Origin: a virus
Taxonomy: Duplodnaviria; Caudoviricetes
Virus record (IMG/VR): IMGVR_UViG_3300049015_000009
Location: 1-62,583 of that record
Direction: 5' to 3' (one strand)
DNA length: 62,583 nucleotides
The position numbers and the translations under genes are program-made. The notes under the pieces are model-generated. The model did no database searches, was not told the origin of the DNA, and worked only from the letters and a program-made list of their open reading frames with translations. This document shows, in pieces, positions 10,335 through 19,600 of the stretch. How positions within the stretch are numbered: the first letter of the stretch is position 1; every line of letters begins with the position of its first letter.

Positions 10335-10922
10335 ATGTCCGAAGACCAAGACCTGACTCAAGCTGACATCGACAACCTGAAGATCCGTGCGGATCGTCTG
10401 GGTGTGAAGTACCACCCCTCGATCGGTGCTGACAAGCTCCGCGAGAAGATCGCTGAAGCCCTGTCCAGTGCCCCTGCACCCAGTGAACAGGCTGCTCCTC
10501 CGCCTCCCTCGCCAGCGCCTGCAAGCGATGCAGTTGAGCCTGAGGTCGAGACCCTTGGCATGAAGCGCAAGCGCCTCAAGGAGGAAGCCAGCAAGCTGAT
10601 CCGTATCAGCATCACCTGCATGAATCCGGCCAAGCGCGAATGGGACGGCGAGATCATCACTACGGGCAATGCCTTGGTGGGCACGATCCGCAACTACGTT
10701 CCGTTCAACGCTGAGAACGGCTGGCATGTGCCCTACATGCTGTACCTCCAGCTACGCGATCGTCAGTGCCAGGTCTTCCACACAGAGAAGACGAAGCATG
10801 GCGTCTCCCGCCGTGTCGGTAAGCTGATCCGCGAGTTCGCCATCGAGGTTCTGCCTCCGTTGACGGAAGAAGAGCTGAAAGACCTGGCTCAGCGTCAAGC
10901 ACTGGCTGGCTCGGTCGGCTGA
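10335..10922 (+). CDS. N4 gp55-like protein
   Basis: LKIRADRLGVKYHPSIG, CMNPAK, EFAIEVLPPLT; synteny. Confidence 0.8.
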   Translation: MSEDQDLTQADIDNLKIRADRLGVKYHPSIGADKLREKIAEALSSAPAPSEQAAPPPPSPAPASDAVEPEVETLGMKRKRLKEEASKLIRISITCMNPAKREWDGEIITTGNALVGTIRNYVPFNAENGWHVPYMLYLQLRDRQCQVFHTEKTKHGVSRRVGKLIREFAIEVLPPLTEEELKDLAQRQALAGSVG

Positions 10923-10938
10923 TCCAGCGAGGTAGACC

Positions 10939-11877
10939 ATGGCAGCAATCAACATTTCGGATCTCTCGACAGCAACTGTTGACGGTGCAGGGGTCTTCGA
11001 TGTCCTCATGCGTGCAAACAAGGCGCACCTGGAGACTGAATTCCTGCAAGGCCGGATCAAGGGTCCGGAGTACTCCACGGTCTACCTGGGTGCGCTTGAC
11101 CAGGCCATGCAGACTGCACTGTCCTTTGTGGTGCAGCGTCAGCGGATCGATCTCGAAGCTCAACTGCTGGCGGTGCAAATCTCGATCGCCGGCATCGAAC
11201 TTCAGAAGGTCAACGCTGAGCTGGCTATTCTGGAAGCCAGCCTGGCAAAAGTGCCTGTAGAGATCGCACACATCGAGGCACAGACCGCGAACCTGGCTTC
11301 AGAGAAGCTGAGCATCGAGGCACGCACAGCCTTGACCAACCAGCAGGAAACCAACCTGGCTGCAGAGGCCCTCAATGTGCCGAAGCAGGGTGCGTTGCTG
11401 GATGCGCAAAGTGCGGTGTCCACGCAGCAGCGCTTGAACCTGATCTCGGAAGAGCTGGGTATTGACGCGAAGACTGCACTGACGACCCAACAGGAAGCCA
11501 ATGCCGTCCTGGAAGGCACCGTCCTGGTGGCCCAGGAATGCAAGCTGCGTGCTGAGTTCGACCTGACCCAAGCTACTACGCTGAAGTCTGAAGCTGAGCT
11601 GGGTCTCCTGACGCAGAAGACTGCAACTGAGCGTGCCCAGATCACAGCCATGGGTGTCGACGACAACAGTGTCATCGGGAAGCAGAAGTTGCTGTATGCA
11701 GCCCAAACCACTGGCTTCACACGGGACGCTGAACAGAAGGCGGCCAAGCTGCTTGCGGATACGTGGAGCGTCCGTCGCACCACGGACGAGGGCACGGTGG
11801 CTGATGGGACCAACAAGCTCAGCGATACGTACGTGGGCCGCGCCATCGACAAGTTGTTGACTGGTGTCGGTGCCTAA
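10939..11877 (+). CDS. N4 gp54-like structural protein
   Basis: GAGVFDVLM; helical repeats; synteny. Confidence 0.75.
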   Translation: MAAINISDLSTATVDGAGVFDVLMRANKAHLETEFLQGRIKGPEYSTVYLGALDQAMQTALSFVVQRQRIDLEAQLLAVQISIAGIELQKVNAELAILEASLAKVPVEIAHIEAQTANLASEKLSIEARTALTNQQETNLAAEALNVPKQGALLDAQSAVSTQQRLNLISEELGIDAKTALTTQQEANAVLEGTVLVAQECKLRAEFDLTQATTLKSEAELGLLTQKTATERAQITAMGVDDNSVIGKQKLLYAAQTTGFTRDAEQKAAKLLADTWSVRRTTDEGTVADGTNKLSDTYVGRAIDKLLTGVGA

Positions 11878-11898
11878 GCCTGGACAGCTGGGCATCTT

Positions 11899-11928
11899 TG
11901 AGGGGAGCTTCGTGCTCCCCTCTTTTTT
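11899..11928 (+). terminator. Intrinsic terminator
   Basis: GAGGGGAGC-TTCGT-GCTCCCCTC followed by T-run. Confidence 0.8.
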
Positions 11929-11947
11929 GATTTGAGAGGGATTTGGT

Positions 11948-14176
11948 GTGGCCAAGACACGAACCACCGTAGGTACCCAGGTCATGCGGGCAATCGACGA
12001 TGACCGCTTGCCCAACGCCGTCAAGACGGGGATCTCCAAAGCACTGTTGAGCAGTGGAGAGATCGTCGACAACGTGCTGGAAGAGCTGGTTGGTAGCGTG
12101 GGTGTCCGCGCTGAGCGCATGTATGACTTCGCCAAGAAAGGTGGGTATACCCACGGCCTTCCCTCAGGCCAGTTCACCAATCCCGCTGCCGATGCCCAAG
12201 ACGCTATTACCACGGTATTGGAGACCATCGAAGGTGCGACGGTCACCCTCGATTACATGCACTGGGGTCCGCCCAACAACCTGCATGTGGGCTGGCTCGC
12301 GCTTGTCAATTCGCATGGGTACAACCCGGCAACGAACCAGCTGGGTAACCTGACTGCGACCAAGGGCACACCGGTGTACCTGGATGACATGGTTGTCGTG
12401 GTTCCAGACACCGTAGGGACCTTTCTGGAAACGTCGCTGCAGCAGTGGGGCATTGCTGCCCGAGCTGGTTTCACTCCTGAACGCACAAGCCTTACCGCTG
12501 CGACCAAGAAGATGGTCCAACCCTCGCCGGTGAAGCTCGAAGTGGGAGGGACATCCGAGTACATGCTCGTCAGTTATGTGTGGCTGGCTGGCGGTGTTGT
12601 GCAGCGAGGTACCTTCACCATTCCGTTCGCTGGCTTCAATGATGACTTGAGCTATTTCCAGGTCCGCTACACCGTGGGTGGCGTGTCCAAGTACTGGATA
12701 TACGAAGACGGCTCAGGCACCTATCCAGCACTCGACCTGGTCTATGACCGGGTTCCCGAACCTGCTGGAAGCTTCTTTCCCTTCGCCTACTTCCGGTACA
12801 ACAAGCATTCCGAAGTCGATGACAAGACCACGCCGGCGTACCAGACAACCAAGAAGTTGGTGAAGTACCTTGGTATCGACTACGACCAGGTTGGGGAAAC
12901 CATCAACTCCAACCCGGACATCGCTGATGTTGAGCAAGCCCTGCTTATGTTTGCAGTGCCAGCAAACACCGAGAACAAGCAGGAGCAGAGGTACCTGTGG
13001 GAGTTCTTCAACAACCTTTTCCTGTCTCAGGACACGGTGAATCAAGACAGGTCCTCGACAGTTGCGAAGCTGGCCACGAACATCGTTTCTCGCTTCACAA
13101 GTATCGCCACGGTAAGTCCCAGCATCGTGGTGCAGGACACGCGGTTCAAGATGACGTTGCGGAACAACGGCATCTACCGAAAGCGGGTAGCTGGCAGCAT
13201 CGGCCCGATTGGTTCCTATGCCAGTGGCTTCGATGTCGACAGCAATCCTCAGCCCGTGGTGGACAGCGTCACTGGCGTGGCCTCAACGATACCCAGCCTG
13301 ATCAAGACCCACTACTACCGTCGCCAGGTGAGTACCGGGTTCTACGACGAACTTCGTGTCGTTGGCATGGAGACCCGGTTCTATGTCCTTGATGGATGGT
13401 TCACGATCGGCGATGAGGATGACACGATTCTCCTGATCCCGCTGGACCATTCAATCACCGAAGGCTTCTCATTGCCCGACCGGGAAGAACTAATCGCCAG
13501 GTCGATGCATTTTGTGTTCAACAGCCTGGTGATTACCAAGATCAAGTGGTATCAAACAGGGCTGTTCAAAGCTGTGCTGATCATCATCGCAATCATCATC
13601 ACATTCCTCGATTGGGGATCTGATGGTGGCAGTGTCCTTGCTGCTGCTCTTGCAGCTGGGGAATATGCAGCTGCTGCGTTGATCATTCTTGAATACATCA
13701 TCACTCTGGTGATCTACCGGGTGATATTCAAATTGTTCGTAAAGCTGGTGGGGGTCAAGTTCGCCTTCATTGTGGCGATCGTCGCTGCGGTTCTGGGGAT
13801 CACTGACGCGTTTCAAAATGGATCCCTTCAAGGAGCTCCATTTGCTTCAGAACTACTGACCGCAGCCTCGGGGATCAGCGTAGCCATTGGGGATCAGTTG
13901 ACCGATGACTTACAAGATCTCTTGGGTGAGTTCACTGATTTTGGAAAGTGGCAAAAGGAACAAACCAAGCTGCTTGATACCGCAAAAGAGTTGCTTGATG
14001 GGAATCTCCACCTCAGCCCGTTCGTGATATTCGGGGAAACCCCGGATGCTTACTACAATCGAACAGTTCACAGCGGTAATATCGGAATCGTAGGTATCGA
14101 CGCAATTTCTGCTTTCGTCGACATCAAATTAAAACTTCCCGAGCTGGCTGATACCCTTGGGATAGAAGGAGAGTGA
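11948..14176 (+). CDS. N4 gp53-like virion protein with C-terminal transmembrane segments
   Basis: 742 aa, GTG start; KWYQTG followed by hydrophobic helices; no Cys seen. Confidence 0.75.
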   Translation: MAKTRTTVGTQVMRAIDDDRLPNAVKTGISKALLSSGEIVDNVLEELVGSVGVRAERMYDFAKKGGYTHGLPSGQFTNPAADAQDAITTVLETIEGATVTLDYMHWGPPNNLHVGWLALVNSHGYNPATNQLGNLTATKGTPVYLDDMVVVVPDTVGTFLETSLQQWGIAARAGFTPERTSLTAATKKMVQPSPVKLEVGGTSEYMLVSYVWLAGGVVQRGTFTIPFAGFNDDLSYFQVRYTVGGVSKYWIYEDGSGTYPALDLVYDRVPEPAGSFFPFAYFRYNKHSEVDDKTTPAYQTTKKLVKYLGIDYDQVGETINSNPDIADVEQALLMFAVPANTENKQEQRYLWEFFNNLFLSQDTVNQDRSSTVAKLATNIVSRFTSIATVSPSIVVQDTRFKMTLRNNGIYRKRVAGSIGPIGSYASGFDVDSNPQPVVDSVTGVASTIPSLIKTHYYRRQVSTGFYDELRVVGMETRFYVLDGWFTIGDEDDTILLIPLDHSITEGFSLPDREELIARSMHFVFNSLVITKIKWYQTGLFKAVLIIIAIIITFLDWGSDGGSVLAAALAAGEYAAAALIILEYIITLVIYRVIFKLFVKLVGVKFAFIVAIVAAVLGITDAFQNGSLQGAPFASELLTAASGISVAIGDQLTDDLQDLLGEFTDFGKWQKEQTKLLDTAKELLDGNLHLSPFVIFGETPDAYYNRTVHSGNIGIVGIDAISAFVDIKLKLPELADTLGIEGE

Positions 14177-14697
14177 GTATGAATGACTACCTGACGAGTA
14201 TGAGCGGTTGGAACGCTTCACCTGGGGTAGGTGTTTGGAACCCTCAAATCAACCCGTTGGTACCACCACCGTCGATACAGCAACAGTACGCACTGTCTCC
14301 GGCTGTGGACAACAGTGCTGCACTCACAAACCTGAGTCAGCCCCTACCTGGCCAAGTCGGTGATCCTGGTCTCTGGGAGCGCTTCAAGAGTTCGGGTGTA
14401 TTCGGCTCTTCGTCGATCGACCCGAAGACCGGTGCCCGGCTCACGGACCAGGGCTGGGGCATGCCTGCTCTTCAGGCTGGTTTGGGTCTGTTCAATGCCT
14501 GGATGGGCATGAAGCAGTACGGCCTGGCCAAGGACTCGTTCAACGAGAACAAGCGCCAGTTCGGCCTCAACTTTGACGCGCAGAAGCAGACCACGAACAG
14601 TGCCCTCGAGGACCGTCAGCGAGCTCGTGTGGCTTCCAACCCCAGTGCTTACCAGTCCGTGGGTGACTACATGGCACAGAACGGTATCCGAGGCTAA
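14173..14697 (+). CDS. N4 gp52-like ejection protein
   Basis: AAGGAG SD; QYGLAKDSFNENKRQFGLNF; synteny. Confidence 0.7.
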   Translation: MSMNDYLTSMSGWNASPGVGVWNPQINPLVPPPSIQQQYALSPAVDNSAALTNLSQPLPGQVGDPGLWERFKSSGVFGSSSIDPKTGARLTDQGWGMPALQAGLGLFNAWMGMKQYGLAKDSFNENKRQFGLNFDAQKQTTNSALEDRQRARVASNPSAYQSVGDYMAQNGIRG

Positions 14698-14739
14698 GCA
14701 GAACTGGCATGATCCGCCTTCCTACAAGGAGGGTGGATC

Positions 14740-15180
14740 ATGGTGAAGGTGTTCAGCGTGTTGGGTCTAATGGTTTTGGTGGGTACTGCGACTGCCAAAC
14801 CAGTGATTCCTGAGGCCAGCTACGACTACTTCGCGGGTCAGTGGCTGCAACCGTTCCGGTGTGCTGTGGCAGGGGTAATGACCCCAGAAGATGCCGCCCT
14901 AGCCCAGGAACTGGTGAGCAACAGGATGTCGGTCTACGAGTACGACTACGCCACCTTCCGTAGAGCAGTCGCCTTGCGTGAGAGGGCACCAGAGCAAGTG
15001 AGTACAAGCCGTTGTGTAGAGCTCTCGATGAACGCTGCATCAGCTCGAAGACTGATGGCGCAGAACCAAGCCGATATTGCAGCCAGTAATATGGCACTTC
15101 AACAGTTCGTCCAAGCGACAAGAGTTACTAACACCGTCTGCAACAAGGTTGGGGACCAGATACTCTGTACCACCAGGTAA
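14740..15180 (+). CDS. Exported protein with signal peptide (moron candidate)
   Basis: GGAGG SD; MVKVFSVLGLMVLVGTATA signal peptide; 4 Cys; own terminator. Confidence 0.75.
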   Translation: MVKVFSVLGLMVLVGTATAKPVIPEASYDYFAGQWLQPFRCAVAGVMTPEDAALAQELVSNRMSVYEYDYATFRRAVALRERAPEQVSTSRCVELSMNAASARRLMAQNQADIAASNMALQQFVQATRVTNTVCNKVGDQILCTTR

Positions 15181-15197
15181 TACTGGATTACAAATAG

Positions 15198-15227
15198 AAT
15201 GGGGCTTTTAGAGCCCCATTTTTATTT
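15198..15227 (+). terminator. Intrinsic terminator
   Basis: AATGGGGCT..AGCCCCATT followed by T-rich tail. Confidence 0.75.
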
Positions 15228-15238
15228 GGAGTGTTCAT

Positions 15239-16615
15239 ATGTCGAACCCAATTACCTGGCAGAACGTCCAAGGACGATCTCCCGCTGAGGCTCTGCAGCC
15301 TCTCCTGGCTTCACAAGGCTCCATCAATGGGGCCTTCGATGCTTTCCAGAACATCCTTGCCCAACGAGAAGCTGTAGACGCTGCAAACCGCCAGTCCCAG
15401 CAGGATGGCGCTCGACAAATGTTCCTGTCGGCGTTGCAAGCTGCCAAGACTCCTGAGGAGCTCGCCGCTCTCCGTGCTTCTGGTCAGCTGGATCAATTCC
15501 GTTCTGGCTTGGATGCGAACAACCGAACCAAGCTCCTGGATGCCGAGGACCAGCGCCTTGCGGGTATCCGCCAAGGCATCGTCACCAGCAACGACTTCAA
15601 CGCCTCACAGCGGGCACTGGCTGAGGCTCCGCTGGCTGATGCTTTGAAGACCCGCATCGCGCTGGGTGATACAGCCGGTGTCCGAGCTGAGCTCCCTGGT
15701 GCCAGCCTGGCCAACAAATCGGGCATCGCTGCAACGCTGGCTGCTGCTGAGCAAGCAGCTGTTCAGCGAGCACGTGAGGCTAAAACCTTTGACCGCACAA
15801 ATCGCCTCGGTGCCCTGAACCTCAGTGGTGCTGAGCGTGGTGAGGTCGACGCTGTCCGTGCCAACGAAGAAGCCACCAGCCTTCGAGCGCTGAACGACGA
15901 GGTGGCCAAGCGTGCTCAGCAACACCGTCAGGAAGGTGAATTCAAGCCTGACCTCAAGGCCGCGATCAAGGAGGCCATGCGTACCGGGAAACCAGTACAG
16001 GACTTCACTCCCAAGTCCGACACGGAAGCAGCTGACAAGGCTCTGGAAGACATCGCCAAGAGCGGGAAATTCAGTGCTCGGCTCCTGGAAGCCCAGCGAG
16101 CCAACATCCGTGGCGCTTTCGCTTCCAACGGGCTCAACGGCCTGGTCGGTACTGATGCGGCCAAGCGTGATGTCGCCAATGCAGAGAAGGAAGTTGCCTT
16201 CGATGAGTCGGACAAAAACAACTGGTACGCGCCAGGCAGCCCGAATGCACGCAGGAACTACGACGAACTCGCCAAAGACATCCCTTCCCTGATTGACAAA
16301 ACCACCGGTCTCGACGCTGAAGAAGACATCGGCCCTTTGCAGGATCTGATCACTGAGCTGGGTACCGTTGGTTTGGAAGTAGAGAAGGGTGTGTTTGTTT
16401 CCCCATCGGCCAATGATGTGCGCGCTGCCATCCGTGGTGCAGAAGGTGGTTGGTTTCGTGATGCCAAGCGTGCCGAGAATGTCAAAGACAAACTCCTGGA
16501 AATGACCAAGAAGTCGGTATTCAAACAAATGATCAAGGAAGGTGAGCAAAGTACTGAATATCGACGAAAACAGGCAGTTAAAAAGATTCTCGGGAGGGAG
16601 CCGGAATCTAAGTAA
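15239..16615 (+). CDS. N4 gp51-like ejection protein
   Basis: PITWQNV N-terminus; helical; no Cys seen; directly before vRNAP. Confidence 0.75.
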   Translation: MSNPITWQNVQGRSPAEALQPLLASQGSINGAFDAFQNILAQREAVDAANRQSQQDGARQMFLSALQAAKTPEELAALRASGQLDQFRSGLDANNRTKLLDAEDQRLAGIRQGIVTSNDFNASQRALAEAPLADALKTRIALGDTAGVRAELPGASLANKSGIAATLAAAEQAAVQRAREAKTFDRTNRLGALNLSGAERGEVDAVRANEEATSLRALNDEVAKRAQQHRQEGEFKPDLKAAIKEAMRTGKPVQDFTPKSDTEAADKALEDIAKSGKFSARLLEAQRANIRGAFASNGLNGLVGTDAAKRDVANAEKEVAFDESDKNNWYAPGSPNARRNYDELAKDIPSLIDKTTGLDAEEDIGPLQDLITELGTVGLEVEKGVFVSPSANDVRAAIRGAEGGWFRDAKRAENVKDKLLEMTKKSVFKQMIKEGEQSTEYRRKQAVKKILGREPESK

Positions 16616-16620
16616 TACCC

Positions 16621-16648
16621 AAGGGCCATATTTGGCCCTTATTTGTTT
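16621..16648 (+). terminator. Hairpin/attenuator before vRNAP
   Basis: AAGGGCCA-TATT-TGGCCCTT followed by ATTTGTTT. Confidence 0.5.
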
Positions 16649-19600
16649 ATAGAATCTGGCCATACTCTGAAAGCAGATGTGGCCACCAATCCCGACGATT
16701 ACTTCAGTACCCGATACTCACAATCCCTGCTTCCAGTTGAAAACCCCGGTACTTCAACGAAGTATGAGGCCCTGCAAAAGGCGAGTCGGGATAAGGTCAC
16801 GGCCTTGGACGCTGGTATTGCCAGGGCCAAGCAACGTGAGCTTGCCAATGCCAACAGCTTGGTAGGTCAACTGGGACTGAATCCCAACGGTGTTGCAGGC
16901 CAGGCAGTGAACTTGGGCGCCAGTGTTTACTCGGGTGCTGCACGGGTTGCTGGTGACCTAGCTGGTTTCGTTGCTGGTGACTATGAAGCCATGGTCCGAA
17001 TGGGCGTCCTCTCCGAGGACGAAATCCAGGCCGTAGGCCGTCATCGCCAAGGTATTGCCACCCCGGCAGACCTGGCGCTGATCAACACCAGGAAATCTGC
17101 TGATTCGTACACGGCTCTGGAGAACGCTGACCTGGCCGACAAGGCTCGAGCTCGCAGCGCTTCGATCGACAAGACCTTCGACCAGAGCAGTCTGGTTCAG
17201 GGTGATCGTCGTGCCCAGCTGTCTTCTGACCTGGGTGACGACTTCCAAGGTGCCTGGGACCAGGTCAAGACCGGTGCTAAGGCTGTCTGGGACGGCAAGC
17301 TAGGTTCAGGTTCTGGGGACCTGGTTTCTGGTTTTGCCAAGCTGGTCTACAACGCCGGCGAGGCAGCTGTCACCAACCCTGGTGCTGCTGCGGAATACAT
17401 CGCCGAGAACATCCCCCAGCTGGCCATCGGTGTGGCTGGCAAAGCGGGCAAGGCAGCTCTACTGGCTTCCAACGTAGGCTATGCCAGCGAGGAGTACCAG
17501 AAGGGCATCGCCAACTACCAGAAGGAAAACGGCGGTGCTTACCCCCCGCAAGCCGAGCGCATCAAGATGGCTGGCTATGCGGCCTCCCTGGCTCTGGCTG
17601 AGCAGTTGGGTGACGTCTCTCTGCTGAAGGGTGCCCAGGGTGCTGCCAAGGCCGTGGAAGACACGGCACGTATCGGCTTCAAGCAGTCCCTGAAGAATAC
17701 GGTCAAGGAAACCGCCAAGGGTTTCGGTACCGAAGCAGCCACCGAGGGCTACCAGACCTTCGCTGAAGGCCAGGCCAACCTCACGGACGTCTCAGCGCAG
17801 CAGATCTACGAGGGCGCTGTCATAGGCGGTATCGCTGGTGGTGGCTTGTCCGGTGGTGGACGTGCTCTTGGTGAGGTGCTCAAGGCAACCCCGGAACACC
17901 TTCAGGCCAGGGATGCAGAAGCAACCCTGGTCCAGAACCGTCGTGAGGCCCAGGAGGCTGCGATCGCCACAGGTGATGTCACGGCCTTGCTGGACAAGAA
18001 AAACACCGCCTACAGCCCATCCAACGCGATTGCGGCCCTGGCTGGACATGCTGCGCTCCCGGAAGCCACCACGGAAACCAGGGATGCCAACCTGGCCAAG
18101 GCCAGCGAGATCGTTGCTGGGCTGGAGAAGGAACGTGATGAGCTGAAGGCCAACTACGACGATCTCTCGCCTGAGGGCCTGGCCAAGAACAAGGAAGCAC
18201 TGGCAGCTGCTGAAGCAGCGGGCCAGGCTGAGCAAGCCGAGGTCCTGCGGGAGATGGTCAAGGACGCTGAGACCGCTGACCCCAAGGAGATCGAGCGCAC
18301 GAAGGTTGAGTTGGCCAAGCTCGACAAGCGGATCAGCCAAGCCAACGAAGCCCTGAGCAACTTCGCTGTGGACAGCCATGTCCTCGCCGGCGTCGACAAG
18401 ACCTCCGAGCCTGACACGGTCATCAACCTATCGATGGCTGCTCCTGAGCGCCTGAAGACCGAGGAAGCCCTGGCTCTTGCTGACGACACGACGAACAGCC
18501 TGAGCACGGAGCAACGCTCCTACCTGCGTGCTTTCTCTGCTGCACGGATCGCTGAGAACAAGGCCCGTGACATTGACCTGGTCTCCCAGGAAATCCTGAC
18601 CGGTAGCAAGGACAACGTCGGCCTGTCCCAGTACCGGGAACGTGTGGCCTCTGCGCTGCTGGCCGGGAACTTGAAGCTGGCCAAGCAACAGATCGACATG
18701 CTGGCCCGGTTCGATGTCGACCACAAGGCCAAGGCTGAGGTGGTCGCCCTGGCTTGGGAAGAAGGCAAGGGCACTAACACCGAGCGCACCAAGGACGGTC
18801 GTTGGGCCGTGTCTGCCGTGCGTCGCACCCGTGCCCAGCTGGCCAAAAGCGGCGACCTCGAGGTCAACACGCCAAAGCTAATCGACAGCATCCGCGCTGA
18901 ATCTCAAGCCATCTCAGCTGTTCTGGCTGAACTCCAAGCAGCGATCGCTGCGAAGTCAACGAAGACCCAACCTGTTCAAACCCAAGGAACTACAGATGTC
19001 TCGCTCGTATCGCAAGCACTCAACTCGCCCGAAGACCTCAGTGCAGGGTCGCAAGTACAAACTGTGGCAAGTACTGCTCAAGCAGCCCAAGTTGGAGCTG
19101 AAGGAGTACGTCAAGGAGACGCTGCAGGAAATGACCTCGGCTCACGGGCGTTCAATGACCTGACGGATCCGGATGAGCGTCTGAACCTCTACCGAGGTGA
19201 AGGTCCAGGGAACATCTCAGATGGTGCCTGGTGGTCCTTTGATCGGGCTGATGCGGAGAAGTACGCGATCTCTTCTAAGGGCAAGGTCATCACCTTAGTG
19301 ATGACTGCCAAGCAGATCGGTAGTCAGACTGCTCAAGGTCAACTCGGACCTAGGCACCGTGTATTTCCTAGTAAAGCTGATGTAGGGATCATCTCTACTG
19401 AGCAATCTTCAGTTGATATCCAGTCAGAGACTGTTAAGTCTACTACAGCTCCAGATCTCTCCAGTTCAACAGAGTCTTCGGAGAAGACCTCAGCAGATGA
19501 AGTACCTACAGTGACGGTTCTGGCTCAGCCAGAAGAGGGTAATCCCCTATCAACCGGCTTGAAGCAGGTTGGTGGCAAGTCCAGTGGGACAAAGAAGCCG

